Shown piece by piece: positions 51,835 through 61,848 of a stretch of 64,000 nt of DNA; within the stretch, counting starts at the first letter, position 1, and each line of letters starts with the position of its first letter. Source of the stretch: an uncultured Desulfospira sp. (lineage in GTDB: Bacteria > Desulfobacterota > Desulfobacteria > Desulfobacterales > Desulfobacteraceae); contig OY760175.1 of the NCBI GenBank assembly GCA_963663165.1, forward strand, positions 2,144,001 to 2,208,000, given 5' to 3'. The position numbers and the translations under genes are program-made. The notes under the pieces were generated by a model. The model saw only the letters and a program-made list of their open reading frames with translations. It did no database searches and had not been told where the DNA came from.

Positions 51835-52593
51835 ATGGCGTTTAATATTGAAAGCATATTTCTACCATCCGTTGGCGTGGATCTGGTTTTGAACATGGAT
51901 TCATTAATGCCGATTCCACTTTCGAGCATTATTTACGATACGGACCCTTCCAAAAAGACCATTACCATTGCCCGGCCCAGATCAAGTTTTGGCCAAGCCA
52001 CCGAATATGATCAGCTTCACTTAACGACGATAATTCAATCTCCCAAAAGAAAAATCCGGGTGGGTATTGCCTGTACCCCTGTTAAATTTATCAAAGAATA
52101 TAAACTGGCCGGGAATGCCACCACCAGGGCCATTATCCTCCAGTACAAGGCACCGGCAATCGAAACCAACATCAGGTCTGCATACCGGCTCTACCTTGAT
52201 GCACGGCATACCTGCCGGGCCAAAATCATGTACAATCAGAATGACTACCTTTCCCCCAGGGATTTTAAAATCCGGGATATTTCCCTGACAGGGCTTGGCC
52301 TGATTATCCCCAAAAAGGTCAATAAAGACCACAATTCCATGGCCAAGGCAGCCTTCCATGATAACCTGCTGGTGGGAATGAGCCTTATCGACACCAGCAA
52401 AGAACAGCCCCAGGGGACGTTTGTCCTTAAAACCCGCATCACCCGGCTCAACCCCAAATATTCTGAAACCAATATCCTGGCAGGCCTTCTTATTACCAAA
52501 ATTGCCAAGGGAAAAGAGTCTATCTTAAGCGATTTTATCCATTCTGCCCAGATCCACCAGTTGAACCGGTTTAAATCCCAACCGTTAGGGTAG
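51835..52593 (+). CDS. PilZ-domain protein
   Basis: RSAYR (RxxxR) and DISLTG (DxSxxG) motifs. Confidence 0.7.
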   Translation: MAFNIESIFLPSVGVDLVLNMDSLMPIPLSSIIYDTDPSKKTITIARPRSSFGQATEYDQLHLTTIIQSPKRKIRVGIACTPVKFIKEYKLAGNATTRAIILQYKAPAIETNIRSAYRLYLDARHTCRAKIMYNQNDYLSPRDFKIRDISLTGLGLIIPKKVNKDHNSMAKAAFHDNLLVGMSLIDTSKEQPQGTFVLKTRITRLNPKYSETNILAGLLITKIAKGKESILSDFIHSAQIHQLNRFKSQPLG

Positions 52594-52595
52594 AA

Positions 52596-54014
52596 TTAAT
52601 TCATGTTTTCGAGATATGCCTTAACCCAGGCAAGGGCTTTTTGACTTCTTGAATCAAGGGTTGAGGCCTCTATTTCTTTTATCTGGGACAAAGCCTGCTC
52701 CCGGGTGATTTTACAATCGTTTCGATACCCTTTGATACCAGACCCCGCCCCTGATTCTCCAATTGTCTTTAAGCGGGCCATATAACCCTTAAATTCCAGA
52801 TTATCAAAAGTGATATGGTCAAAATTCCTCGAAAGAATGCGGCCGGCAAGTTTTCGTATCCGGGAGTTTTTCATCGAACTTAGGACCTCGGGCTTTTGAA
52901 CGTCCGGGGCCCCATGAAACGCAGCCATCTGTCTTTTTTCAACGCCTGAAAAGAAGCCTGCCTGATAAAGCTCAGCATCAGGGTCCAGGTCCGGGATAAA
53001 GGGATACCGGTACTCAATACAGGCGTCAATGGTGTTAAGGACCATATCTGTGGGGGCCTTAAGGGTTTCCATATTCTCCAAAGCCCTGTGCCTTGCCGCC
53101 TCATCCAGGCGATTCCAGAATCGCTCAAGACAGGGCAGGATAATGGTTTCGTCAGCCGTCCGTTTTCTGATCACTGCCCACTTTAATGTCCCGGCATCCG
53201 GATCAACTTCCCAGGGAAAATCCAGGCGGACCCATAAATCCTGGTTTTTGTACGCCTTTGACCGGCCTATGAGAAATACTGGGGCCAAATAATTCAGGGC
53301 CGGCCCAAAGGAGGCGGAAACCGCAATCCCGAGTTTAAAAGTAGCGGCCCCTGACCCGCAGCTTGTTGTAATCCCGGACATCCTGGCCAACTCTTTTTCC
53401 TTATTAAAAAAATGGCAGGCATAGGCCCAGATATCTGGTACTTCAGCAAATTTTTTTGACAGGGCCACCAGGGCTTCGACATCGGCCATTGCCTCATGAG
53501 CCTGCCCGGAGGTTTCAAATCCGTTGGCCTGGCTGATGAGTTCAAGTTTGAGGCTTGGCTGTCCGGTTTCAAGACAGGGCCAGCCAAGGGCAGATTCGCA
53601 AAACACCCTGTACAGGGCTGCCACAGGAAGCATGTCCATCCGGGAGCAGCCGTTGGCATACTGGTGTGAATAGGGATCCAGCAGATTCCGGTAAAACAGG
53701 AACCTTAAAAATTCATCGTCAAACCCAAGGGAGTTATACCCAACACTGATGGTGCCGGGGGTGTTGAAAAGAGCATGAAGCTGAATGGCCGCACGGTATT
53801 CGGTCAGCCCTTTCGTAAGGATATCGCCGATAAGGCCGTGGGTAACAAAGGCCCCGGGAGAGGGCATGATATCTTTTCGCAGTTGAATAACAAGGCTGTG
53901 CCGTTCAATTTCATTTAGCTGCAAATCCGTCCGGATGCCGGCAAAGGTCAGTATTTGATCAAAAGCCGGGTTCAAGCCGGAGGTTTCCACATCGTAAAAC
54001 AGGTATGTTTTCAT
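52596..54014 (-). CDS. sbcB: Exodeoxyribonuclease I
   Basis: YDVETSG, GYNSLGFDDEFLR, SLKLE, HEAMADV (DEDDh). Confidence 0.85.
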   Translation of the reverse strand: MKTYLFYDVETSGLNPAFDQILTFAGIRTDLQLNEIERHSLVIQLRKDIMPSPGAFVTHGLIGDILTKGLTEYRAAIQLHALFNTPGTISVGYNSLGFDDEFLRFLFYRNLLDPYSHQYANGCSRMDMLPVAALYRVFCESALGWPCLETGQPSLKLELISQANGFETSGQAHEAMADVEALVALSKKFAEVPDIWAYACHFFNKEKELARMSGITTSCGSGAATFKLGIAVSASFGPALNYLAPVFLIGRSKAYKNQDLWVRLDFPWEVDPDAGTLKWAVIRKRTADETIILPCLERFWNRLDEAARHRALENMETLKAPTDMVLNTIDACIEYRYPFIPDLDPDAELYQAGFFSGVEKRQMAAFHGAPDVQKPEVLSSMKNSRIRKLAGRILSRNFDHITFDNLEFKGYMARLKTIGESGAGSGIKGYRNDCKITREQALSQIKEIEASTLDSRSQKALAWVKAYLENMN

Positions 54015-54057
54015 TCCCGTCTCCCCATACTTTTGTCACGGTCAAAGAAAAATTCAT

Positions 54058-54211
54058 GTAACTGTTCAGCAGTGCCCCATCTTCGCTCATTCAGGCCTTC
54101 TCACATAGCAAAAGTATGCTACGAAGTCCTGACTAAACAAATATGAAGCACTGATGAACAGTTACGGATCCCTGGTTTTTGATTATTTTTCATCATTAGC
54201 TGAATAGTTAC
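54058..54211. mobile_element. MITE-like element with terminal inverted repeats and 8-bp target duplication
   Basis: Ends GTAACTGTTCAGC / GCTGAATAGTTAC; AAATTCAT at both 54050-54057 and 54212-54219; internal end copy GCACTGATGAACAGTTAC at 54148-54165. Confidence 0.7.
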
Positions 54212-54227
54212 AAATTCATTTTATTTT

Positions 54228-54281
54228 ACCATGAAGCACATGAAGCGCATGAAGGAAAGCTCTCTTCATGTGCTTCATGGT
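54228..54281. repeat. Palindromic element built from 9-bp units
   Basis: Perfect 18-bp inverted repeat ACCATGAAGCACATGAAG / CTTCATGTGCTTCATGGT. Confidence 0.75.
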
Positions 54282-54351
54282 TTTAAAAATTTTTCATGGG
54301 TTACTAAAAATCCAAACACCTTACCCACTGTTTTTTAAGACCGCCATACGA

Positions 54352-54389
54352 AAAAAGGGGAGAGAAACAAAACATGCTTCCCTCCCCTT
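54352..54389 (-). terminator. Rho-independent terminator after rpsI
   Basis: Minus strand AAGGGGAGGGAAGC...GTTTCTCTCCCCTT followed by a T run. Confidence 0.7.
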
Positions 54390-54415
54390 GGAGTTCCAAA
54401 ATTGAATAAAAGAAA

Positions 54416-54811
54416 TTATCTTTTTGAGAACTGGAAACTGGCCCTTGCAGCCTTTTTACCGTATTTTTTACGTTCCTTTGTCCTGGAATCCCGGGTAAGG
54501 AAGCCAGCCGTTTTAAGCACCCCCCTCAATGCCGGGTCTGCGATGATCAGGGCTTTGGCAACGCCTAACCGGACGGCACCGGCCTGGCCGGTCTGTCCGC
54601 CGCCCATAACGGTAACTTTAATATCAAAGGAATCCTGTTTCTCTGTCAAGGTAAGCGGGGAAGCCAGAATCTGCTGGTTCACACCAATGTCAAAGTAATC
54701 ATCCATTTCCCGGTCATTGACAACAATATTGCCTGTGCCGGGTTTCAACCAAACCTTGGCCACAGAATCTTTACGCTTTCCTGTGGCGTAAAATACGTTT
54801 CCAGTTTCCAT
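54416..54811 (-). CDS. rpsI: 30S ribosomal protein S9
   Basis: [25 protein letters not shown]...QFSKR. Confidence 0.97.
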   Translation of the reverse strand: METGNVFYATGKRKDSVAKVWLKPGTGNIVVNDREMDDYFDIGVNQQILASPLTLTEKQDSFDIKVTVMGGGQTGQAGAVRLGVAKALIIADPALRGVLKTAGFLTRDSRTKERKKYGKKAARASFQFSKR

Positions 54812-54837
54812 TGAATCTTCTTTTTATCCTTATGAAT

Positions 54838-55272
54838 TTAAATGTCTAATACTTCCGGTTTCTGTGCTGCGTGAGGATGTGCCTCACCCGCATATACGAA
54901 TAATTTTTTGCCCAGCTTCCGGCCCAGCCTGTTTTTGGGCAGCATGCCCCTGACAGCCTTCCGGATAACCTCTTCAGGTTTTTTCTCAAGCAGTTCCTTT
55001 GCGGTATCAGACTTCAGGCTGCCGATATACCCTGAATGGCGGTAATATGTTTTCTGGTCTAGTTTTCTACCGGTCAGGCGGATTTTGTCGGCATTGATCA
55101 CCACAACCCAGTCTCCGGTATCCACATGGGGGGTATACAACGGGGTATGTTTTCCGCGGATTCTATATGCAATTTGTGATGCCAGTCTTCCCAAAACCTT
55201 ATCGGTTGCATCAACAACACACCAGTTTTCTTTATTATCGGATCTTTTTGCGCTGTATGTATATTTTTTCAC
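54838..55272 (-). CDS. rplM: 50S ribosomal protein L13
   Basis: [41 protein letters not shown] start. Confidence 0.97.
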   Translation of the reverse strand: MKKYTYSAKRSDNKENWCVVDATDKVLGRLASQIAYRIRGKHTPLYTPHVDTGDWVVVINADKIRLTGRKLDQKTYYRHSGYIGSLKSDTAKELLEKKPEEVIRKAVRGMLPKNRLGRKLGKKLFVYAGEAHPHAAQKPEVLDI

Positions 55273-55345
55273 CGTTCTCAATGCTCCTATTCGTAAACAC
55301 AACCCGCAATATTTACCTGGTTCTTACTTCAAAGTCAACCATTTT

Positions 55346-55753
55346 CTATAGTTCTATTGTTTTTTCAAATTTTATATCTTCAATTGCGGATTTGGTGTCT
55401 TTTGAACCGTCCAGTTTGCTTGAGGTTTTGCAGGTCACTTCAGCGTTGAGGACCCCCCCGTTTTCCACGATCAGGTCCTTGCACTCCACTTTGCCTGAAC
55501 AGACCCCGGTGGCCAGGATAATCAGTTCCTTGGACGCACAAATCTCGCCCTGGAACTTCCCGCCGATGGTGATGCTGGCCACCCGGGTGGAACTGGATTG
55601 AACCATGCCGTCTTCGGCAATAATGACCTCATCGCCGTCAATGGTACCGGTCACCCGGCCTTTAATAATCAGCTTGCCGGCACTTGAAATAGACCCGTCT
55701 ATTTTGAGTTCTTTATCAATAATGGACAAATTCTGTTTTGCTTTTCTGGCCAC
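55346..55753 (-). CDS. Bactofilin (CcmA-like polymer-forming cytoskeletal protein)
   Basis: Beta-helical repeats IDGSI...IIKGRVTGTI...IGGKFQGEI...GKV...VENGG. Confidence 0.85.
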   Translation of the reverse strand: MARKAKQNLSIIDKELKIDGSISSAGKLIIKGRVTGTIDGDEVIIAEDGMVQSSSTRVASITIGGKFQGEICASKELIILATGVCSGKVECKDLIVENGGVLNAEVTCKTSSKLDGSKDTKSAIEDIKFEKTIEL

Positions 55754-55772
55754 AATCCTTCTCCTTGAAGCC

Positions 55773-57305
55773 TTAAGATTGAATATCTATGTAAATTTTG
55801 CCGACCTCTTCCCCGTTCAATGTTGTCAGAACGTAGTATCTTCTGCCCTTCTTTTCAAGAGAATATTGGGGCATCAGTGCGCCGGACCCGATATCAATGA
55901 CATACCCTCTGTCCTCACCGTTGTTCTTAGACTGGTTCCCAACAAACCCTTTAAAGTTAACGATATATTTGCACGGGTCTGTCTGGCTGGTAAGGATATC
56001 CTCAATCACCAGTTTATCCCCGGGCTTGACCGTCACATGGGCATAATTATTGAAAATCACTGTCTTGCCGTTTATCTTAAGCTTGTATCGGATCTCTTTG
56101 CTGATTTCCGATTCCCCGGAAAGCACCACACTCCCGGGCATCACCTTTGATCCGGCATCGGTTTCAACCAGGTCAAGAAACACACTGCCGCAGGCATAGG
56201 AATCTTTTTTGGCAACAATCCTGGTGGATTCCATGATCTTGATCTGTTTTTTTAAATCATTGTAATCATTTCCGGCCCCGAGGATGTCCACACTTAATCC
56301 ACGCTCATAATTGGCCACAATGTCATGCACCAGAATAGAATCCCCCCGGCGGACTTTCAGATGCTGCATCCGGGCCACCACCACCGGTATGGAGTCATTG
56401 ATGGACATGATCATATACTGCATTTCCGGTTCTTTTAAGTCAATTCCCGGGGTTTCGGGCACTATCCCGAGAATATCCATAAACCCGTTAATGGCATAAA
56501 TATGCTGTCTGACCTTTTGCTCAAGGGGCAGGGATTTGGCCGACTCAATCCCAAAGGCGGGGATTTTACACACATTCATGGCATAGTATGTGGCAGACTG
56601 TCTTTGCTCTTTGTGAATGCTGTCCGGATAACTTGTCCTGTGATTGTTAAAATGAAACCGGCAGGACAGATCGGTTATATTTTCGTTAATTTTCTCAATC
56701 ACCTTTTTGGCCATGGCCTCAAGGTCGATGACAGGCTTTCCGTTCCCGGGTTCTAAAAGGGCATCGTCTGCAATAATGGACTGGCCGAATTTTTTGGGAT
56801 TTCTATTTTCGTTTTTCCAGTCAGGGGAAAAAAAGCCCGATCCCTCATGAAGATTTAAAAAACAGTCACTTTCACAGATTAATTTTTTCAGGACATCCAC
56901 CACCCTGGCTTCATAGTTGGCGGTATGGTCATCCATGAATTTTCTGTTCATATCCTGATTAATCTGCCGTTCATTTTTAAGGATGGAAGGGAAATTGGCC
57001 CTGGGAACCACAATAAGGGTCCCGGTCTCAAGGGAAAAATCCGCATAAAAGTCTGCGGCCAGAAAACCGCCGGGTTCATCGCCTTGTATCCCACCGACAA
57101 TTAAAAGGGTTTTCCCCTTTTTGGCCCCCATGATCCGGTATACATGAAGTTCATTTTCCTGCCCTTCAAAATAGACCGTATGGGTCCGCTGCCCGGCACA
57201 GCACAGCATCGGGCCGCTGCCCAGACACCATAACACCAGGCCCCATAAAATCCATGAAAAAGCTGTCGGCCCGGCACCCCATTTGTCTTTGACATCAACC
57301 ATCAA
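55773..57305 (-). CDS. Csd4/Pgp1-like zinc carboxypeptidase (M14/M99 type)
   Basis: GGIQGDEPGG, VPRAN, DMNRKF, LNLHEGSG, AFGIE; N-terminal export signal. Confidence 0.75.
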   Translation of the reverse strand: MMVDVKDKWGAGPTAFSWILWGLVLWCLGSGPMLCCAGQRTHTVYFEGQENELHVYRIMGAKKGKTLLIVGGIQGDEPGGFLAADFYADFSLETGTLIVVPRANFPSILKNERQINQDMNRKFMDDHTANYEARVVDVLKKLICESDCFLNLHEGSGFFSPDWKNENRNPKKFGQSIIADDALLEPGNGKPVIDLEAMAKKVIEKINENITDLSCRFHFNNHRTSYPDSIHKEQRQSATYYAMNVCKIPAFGIESAKSLPLEQKVRQHIYAINGFMDILGIVPETPGIDLKEPEMQYMIMSINDSIPVVVARMQHLKVRRGDSILVHDIVANYERGLSVDILGAGNDYNDLKKQIKIMESTRIVAKKDSYACGSVFLDLVETDAGSKVMPGSVVLSGESEISKEIRYKLKINGKTVIFNNYAHVTVKPGDKLVIEDILTSQTDPCKYIVNFKGFVGNQSKNNGEDRGYVIDIGSGALMPQYSLEKKGRRYYVLTTLNGEEVGKIYIDIQS

Positions 57306-57316
57306 ACCGGGCCCCT

Positions 57317-58330
57317 TTAATCGCCGTTGGTGTTGTCTTGTTCAAGATCAAAAAAAGTTTCATCCACCAAATTCCCATCCTCGTTAAAAATGTAAACCGC
57401 TGCATATTTATAATCCCCTGAAGACAGTCCGGATTCCACCTTAAACCTTACAGGCTTGTAATGGGAAATGGAAAAATACTGCCCTTTTTTATATACATCT
57501 GGAATCCCGTTTTTCAAGGGGACGCTGGGAACCGCCAGCCAATTGGACGGGTCTGATTTGTCCGGTTTTAAAATGGTAAATATCCGTCCGGAAATCCCGC
57601 CGGGTTTATCGGAATTGTTCCGGATATCAAATCCAATGTGCAGAAATTTGGAGTGACTGTCCTTTAAAAGGGTAAATTTTTCAATCAATACGCTTTTTCC
57701 CTGGGTCTGGCCATCTTCGGTATCCGGCCCGGCAACGGTGTTGCCATCTTCGCTACCGGGGCCGTTCTCCTCAAAGACATCCGATTCTAAAGCGTCTTGT
57801 GAACCAGGCTCATTCATATCCGTTTGCCCGGAAGGCGGCTGGGCCGGATCAGACGGGGCGGCGGCCGCTCCAACGGGTTCAGGATCTTTGGACACCACAG
57901 CCTTGTTTTTTTCCGGCACTTTTCTTTCTTTGGAAGCCGGTTTTTCTCCAGGGGACGGGACGCCGGTCTTTCCCGCATCGGCCAATTGCACGGGAACCCC
58001 TGGCTCTTTTCCAAGAATCACCAGGCGGGCCATTAATATTTCTTTTTCTTTGACCAGGGTGTTGTATTTTTTTTCAAGGCTTTGGGTTTTCTGGGTCAAC
58101 AGCCGGTGTTGAACGGACAACTCTTTATAAAAAAAATACAGCCCGCCGGCGGCCAAGGCACAGACCATGCTTGAAACGGCAAAAAATTTAGCAAACCCCC
58201 TTAAATAGTCTCCGGATCTCATCTCACCGTAATCATCCACAATGAGAACCCGCTTATTTCGATTTTTCTTTCTCTCAGATGGTTTGGCTTTGGCTATTTC
58301 CCTTTCCAGTTCTCTTGAGATATCTTCCAT
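57317..58330 (-). CDS. Bitopic membrane protein: TM, coiled coil, P/A/E-rich linker, C-terminal beta domain
   Basis: Single hydrophobic helix followed by a coiled coil and a low-complexity linker; start overlaps the upstream gene end. Confidence 0.7.
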   Translation of the reverse strand: MEDISRELEREIAKAKPSERKKNRNKRVLIVDDYGEMRSGDYLRGFAKFFAVSSMVCALAAGGLYFFYKELSVQHRLLTQKTQSLEKKYNTLVKEKEILMARLVILGKEPGVPVQLADAGKTGVPSPGEKPASKERKVPEKNKAVVSKDPEPVGAAAAPSDPAQPPSGQTDMNEPGSQDALESDVFEENGPGSEDGNTVAGPDTEDGQTQGKSVLIEKFTLLKDSHSKFLHIGFDIRNNSDKPGGISGRIFTILKPDKSDPSNWLAVPSVPLKNGIPDVYKKGQYFSISHYKPVRFKVESGLSSGDYKYAAVYIFNEDGNLVDETFFDLEQDNTNGD

Positions 58331-59628
58331 GCTCCACCTTTGTTCACGAGTTTCAATTGCTTGATCCCCTTTGTTGAAAAACCGCTGGATTTATAATTTT
58401 GAAAAAACCGGACCTCAACACCGTCCTTCTTTTTTATGATTTTAAAGTTTTTACCGGTCACATGGATACGGGCATACTTTCCGGCCAGGGCTTTTTTCCG
58501 GTTAACCCATTCCGTCTTGGACATCCCCTCGCCATAAAATTCCGGTGCATAAAATTGCGCATAGGCATCCATATCTTTGGCCGACCATGCGGCCAGCCAG
58601 GCTTTAACCGTTTCCAGCACATCCCCGTGATCGGGCCGGGAACCTGACGCATTTTGTGATGCGGCCACCAGGGGGAAATTAACCGTTGCATAGGCCTGAT
58701 TTTTCTTCTGGTACACATCCCCGATGATTTTGGTCTCCTGGCCAATGGTCTCAAAAAACAGTTTTCGTTTCCCCAAATCAACCTTTTTGCCGTTAAAGGA
58801 AAACCCGAAATCCATTAAGACCACACAAAGGTTCCCGTGACGGTAAATCCCGGTTGATGAGGCCAGCACCGTTAACTGTTTTTCGTCTTTTTTAAACTGG
58901 TTTCGGATGACCAGCCACTGTTCCCACCAGGAAATGTCCGGCACATAGGAGGGGGCATAAAAAGACAAATACTGATGGTAAGATCCGCGCTCAATGGCCT
59001 TGACCCAGTCCCTGACAAGGGACAGGATCTGCTCTTTTTCTCTGTCAGGGGAAAGGGGGGCGGCCATGGATAAGGTGTCGACAATAATCAGGGGGGTTGA
59101 ATCCAGGGTAATATACCGGGATAAGGCCAGAACATTTTTATTTTCAAGGGCCACGCACCCGTTGGAATCCATGGGTTTGAGTTCTTTATCCGTCCCGTGA
59201 ATCCAGATGGCCGACCCGTTTTTGCCCTGGCGCCGGTCAATAAAATTGGGGTAATCGGTTGGAAAGGCTTTTTTCCCGTACACCGGGGTCAGATATTTAT
59301 CTTCGAACTCATCGGTTAAAAAATAAATCCCTTCCGGGGTCCTCTTGTCGCCCTTCTTGACTTTGGGGCCGGAGACTTCTCCGGTAGAACACGGTGCACT
59401 GAAAACAATATCCATGGGGGTTCCCTGGGGGGAAGCGTCACTGCCCGAACCGTTTGAGACCACATAAAGCATCTGGCTGTCTTTTTCCACGATAACCGCA
59501 TTTTCATTTTCCGGCAGCTGTATCACAAAACGGTTAAAATCATGGGGGTTTACCGGCCCGGCATACAGGGGGCTCATCCATAAGAATCCAGCCTGAAGAA
59601 TAAGATAAAGCCTGACAATCTGTTTCAT
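58294..59628 (-). CDS. L,D-transpeptidase/carboxypeptidase (YkuD) with NTF2-like C-terminal domains, Csd6/Pgp2-like
   Basis: GDKRTPEGIY, YPN, IWIHG...SNGC; C-terminal WLAAWSAKDMDAYAQFY...FFQNYKS...WKISQE. Confidence 0.82.
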   Translation of the reverse strand: MKQIVRLYLILQAGFLWMSPLYAGPVNPHDFNRFVIQLPENENAVIVEKDSQMLYVVSNGSGSDASPQGTPMDIVFSAPCSTGEVSGPKVKKGDKRTPEGIYFLTDEFEDKYLTPVYGKKAFPTDYPNFIDRRQGKNGSAIWIHGTDKELKPMDSNGCVALENKNVLALSRYITLDSTPLIIVDTLSMAAPLSPDREKEQILSLVRDWVKAIERGSYHQYLSFYAPSYVPDISWWEQWLVIRNQFKKDEKQLTVLASSTGIYRHGNLCVVLMDFGFSFNGKKVDLGKRKLFFETIGQETKIIGDVYQKKNQAYATVNFPLVAASQNASGSRPDHGDVLETVKAWLAAWSAKDMDAYAQFYAPEFYGEGMSKTEWVNRKKALAGKYARIHVTGKNFKIIKKKDGVEVRFFQNYKSSGFSTKGIKQLKLVNKGGAWKISQENWKGK

Positions 59629-59635
59629 AAAAGGA

Positions 59636-60691
59636 CTATTTAACTTTTTTCACTGTTTTATTAAGGTGTTTAAATGCAGCATCCGACGCCCTTCGGCCCG
59701 AGGACGTCCGCAACACCAGCCCAATCTTTAAAAGGTACGGTTCCACAACGTCTACCAGCGTGTCCGTTTCTTCCTGAAGGGTGGCCGCAATGGCTTCCAC
59801 GCCCACGGGCCCGCCGCCGTAAAAATCAATGATGGTGGACAGATACTGCCGGTCCAGCCGTGTCAGGCCAAGTTCGTCAATGCCTTCAAGGCCAAGGGCA
59901 TCATTAACAATGTCTTTGGTCACCACCCCGTTGGCCCGGACCATGGCAAAATCCCTTACCCGTTTGAGCAGGCGGTTGGCAATTCTCGGGGTGCCCCTGG
60001 ACCGTCTGGCAAGCTCATAAGAGCCGTCAGCCGACACCGTTGTCCTGAGAATTCCGGCAGACCGCTCCACAATGGTCTGAAGTTCCTCACAGGTATAAAA
60101 ATCCAGAGTCCTGAAAATACCGAACCGGTCCCTTAAAGGAGAGGACAGCAAGCCCACCCGGGTGGTAGCCCCCACCAGCACAAACCGGTTGAGCCGGTAC
60201 CGGTGGCTTCGGGCGTGGATTCCCTTGTCAAACACGAAATCCACAGCAAAATCTTCCATGGCCGGGTACAAAAATTCCTCCACCACCTTTGGAATCCGGT
60301 GAATTTCATCAATGAACAGGATATCCCCTTCCCCAAGATTGGTTAAAATACCGATCAGATCCCCCCCCTTCTCAAGGGTGGGGCCGGATGTTACCGTCAG
60401 ATCACTGCCCATCTCATTGGCAATAATATGGGAAACCGTTGTTTTCCCTAATCCCGGCGGGCCGTGAAGCAGAATATGATCCAGCGGATCATTTCTCATT
60501 TTAGCGGCCTGTATGGCGATTTTCAAGGTTTCAACCGATTCGGTCTGCCCCACGTAATCCTCAAAACAGGCCGGCCTCAACGACACAATATCGGCCAGGC
60601 TGTCTTCCTTGAGTTCTTTAGAGGACAGCAGCCCTTTTCTATTGGTTTCTCCAGGGGGTTTGGATGAAAAGGTTAAAATATCATCGGCCAT
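59636..60691 (-). CDS. ruvB: Holliday junction helicase RuvB
   Basis: [32 protein letters not shown]. Confidence 0.97.
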   Translation of the reverse strand: MADDILTFSSKPPGETNRKGLLSSKELKEDSLADIVSLRPACFEDYVGQTESVETLKIAIQAAKMRNDPLDHILLHGPPGLGKTTVSHIIANEMGSDLTVTSGPTLEKGGDLIGILTNLGEGDILFIDEIHRIPKVVEEFLYPAMEDFAVDFVFDKGIHARSHRYRLNRFVLVGATTRVGLLSSPLRDRFGIFRTLDFYTCEELQTIVERSAGILRTTVSADGSYELARRSRGTPRIANRLLKRVRDFAMVRANGVVTKDIVNDALGLEGIDELGLTRLDRQYLSTIIDFYGGGPVGVEAIAATLQEETDTLVDVVEPYLLKIGLVLRTSSGRRASDAAFKHLNKTVKKVK

Positions 60692-60694
60692 ATC

Positions 60695-61324
60695 TTAAGG
60701 GCTTTCCTTATAAATTTCATCAAACAGCGCTTCAGGCGTATTGATATTTGAATTTCTGGCAAAGGCTTCTTTAATCATCCTTGCCGCAGAAGCCGCTGTA
60801 TGGCCGAGCTGCTCCACCAGCACATCCTGCACCTGGAGGGCGATCTGCCGGTGATCCGGGGCCAAGGGTTCCCGGCCTTCCGCATCCGGGACCAGGTCTG
60901 TTGACATAAAGCCGGCCGCCTTCCCCCTGAGGGTGGCGATGATTTTTTCAGCGGTCCGTTTTCCGATCCCCGAAAGTTGGGAAAGAAAGGACACATCCTT
61001 TTGCTCAATGGCGGCTGCGATTTCTCCTGTGGGCCGGGTCAGGGCCTTTACCGCCTTCATGGGGCCAATGGCGGCAACGGATATGAACAATTGAAAAAAG
61101 GCCCGGTCCTCTGGTGTGGCAAACCCGATCAATACGGGCTTGGGCTGCCGCTCAGAGACATGGTAATAAATATAAAGGGACACGGTCTGGTCCTGATCCG
61201 ACTGCCGGCGAATCTGCTCAAGGGTCCGGGTATTGAGCAGGACCTCAAATCCGATCTGACCGGATAAGAGCAAAATCCCATCAGGCTCAACCCCGATGAT
61301 CTTTCCCTCAAGATATCCTATCAT
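60695..61324 (-). CDS. ruvA: Holliday junction branch migration protein RuvA
   Basis: MIGYLEG, IGP, GIGKRTAEKI helix-hairpin-helix motifs; lies between ruvC and ruvB. Confidence 0.92.
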   Translation of the reverse strand: MIGYLEGKIIGVEPDGILLLSGQIGFEVLLNTRTLEQIRRQSDQDQTVSLYIYYHVSERQPKPVLIGFATPEDRAFFQLFISVAAIGPMKAVKALTRPTGEIAAAIEQKDVSFLSQLSGIGKRTAEKIIATLRGKAAGFMSTDLVPDAEGREPLAPDHRQIALQVQDVLVEQLGHTAASAARMIKEAFARNSNINTPEALFDEIYKESP

Positions 61325-61803
61325 AATTTCCCATACCTGTAGAATCCCGCCAAAGCAAGCCCGAGCGCATCTGACGCATGAAACGGCCGGATGGGTTCGG
61401 GATGCCCGAGTATGTTTCTGACAGCCCGTTCCAACTGGCGCTTATCTGCGCCGCCATTGCCTGAAATAATTTTCTTGACCTCGCGAACCGGGATTTCCTT
61501 TATGTCCACCCCTGCCCGGTGTGCCGCAACCAGAAGGACCCCGGACACCTTGCCCAGCATAATACCTGATCCTGGATATTTTTCAAGGGAGTATATATCT
61601 TCAATAACGACATAATCCGGCTGTTGCTGGGCTAAAAAATCCAATGTTCTGGAAAAAATGATATCCAGCCTCAACGGGGCCGGATCCTTGGAACAGGTGG
61701 CAATGCTGCCAAAAGAATAATGGTGAATGCGGTTCCCGGCCCCCTGGATAACACCGATCCCGGTACCGGCCAATCCAGGGTCAATGCCGACAAATTTGAT
61801 CAT
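61321..61803 (-). CDS. ruvC: Holliday junction resolvase RuvC
   Basis: GIDPG, VIE, G.ADK, DALGLA. Confidence 0.92.
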   Translation of the reverse strand: MIKFVGIDPGLAGTGIGVIQGAGNRIHHYSFGSIATCSKDPAPLRLDIIFSRTLDFLAQQQPDYVVIEDIYSLEKYPGSGIMLGKVSGVLLVAAHRAGVDIKEIPVREVKKIISGNGGADKRQLERAVRNILGHPEPIRPFHASDALGLALAGFYRYGKL

Positions 61804-61848
61804 GAAATCCCTCAACCCTTTTTTGGAAAACCCCCAAAAAGGGTTTAA

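Noticed and set aside
52596..54014. sbcB as a defence or horizontally acquired nuclease
   Set aside because: Motifs fit an ordinary exonuclease I, with no associated defence genes.
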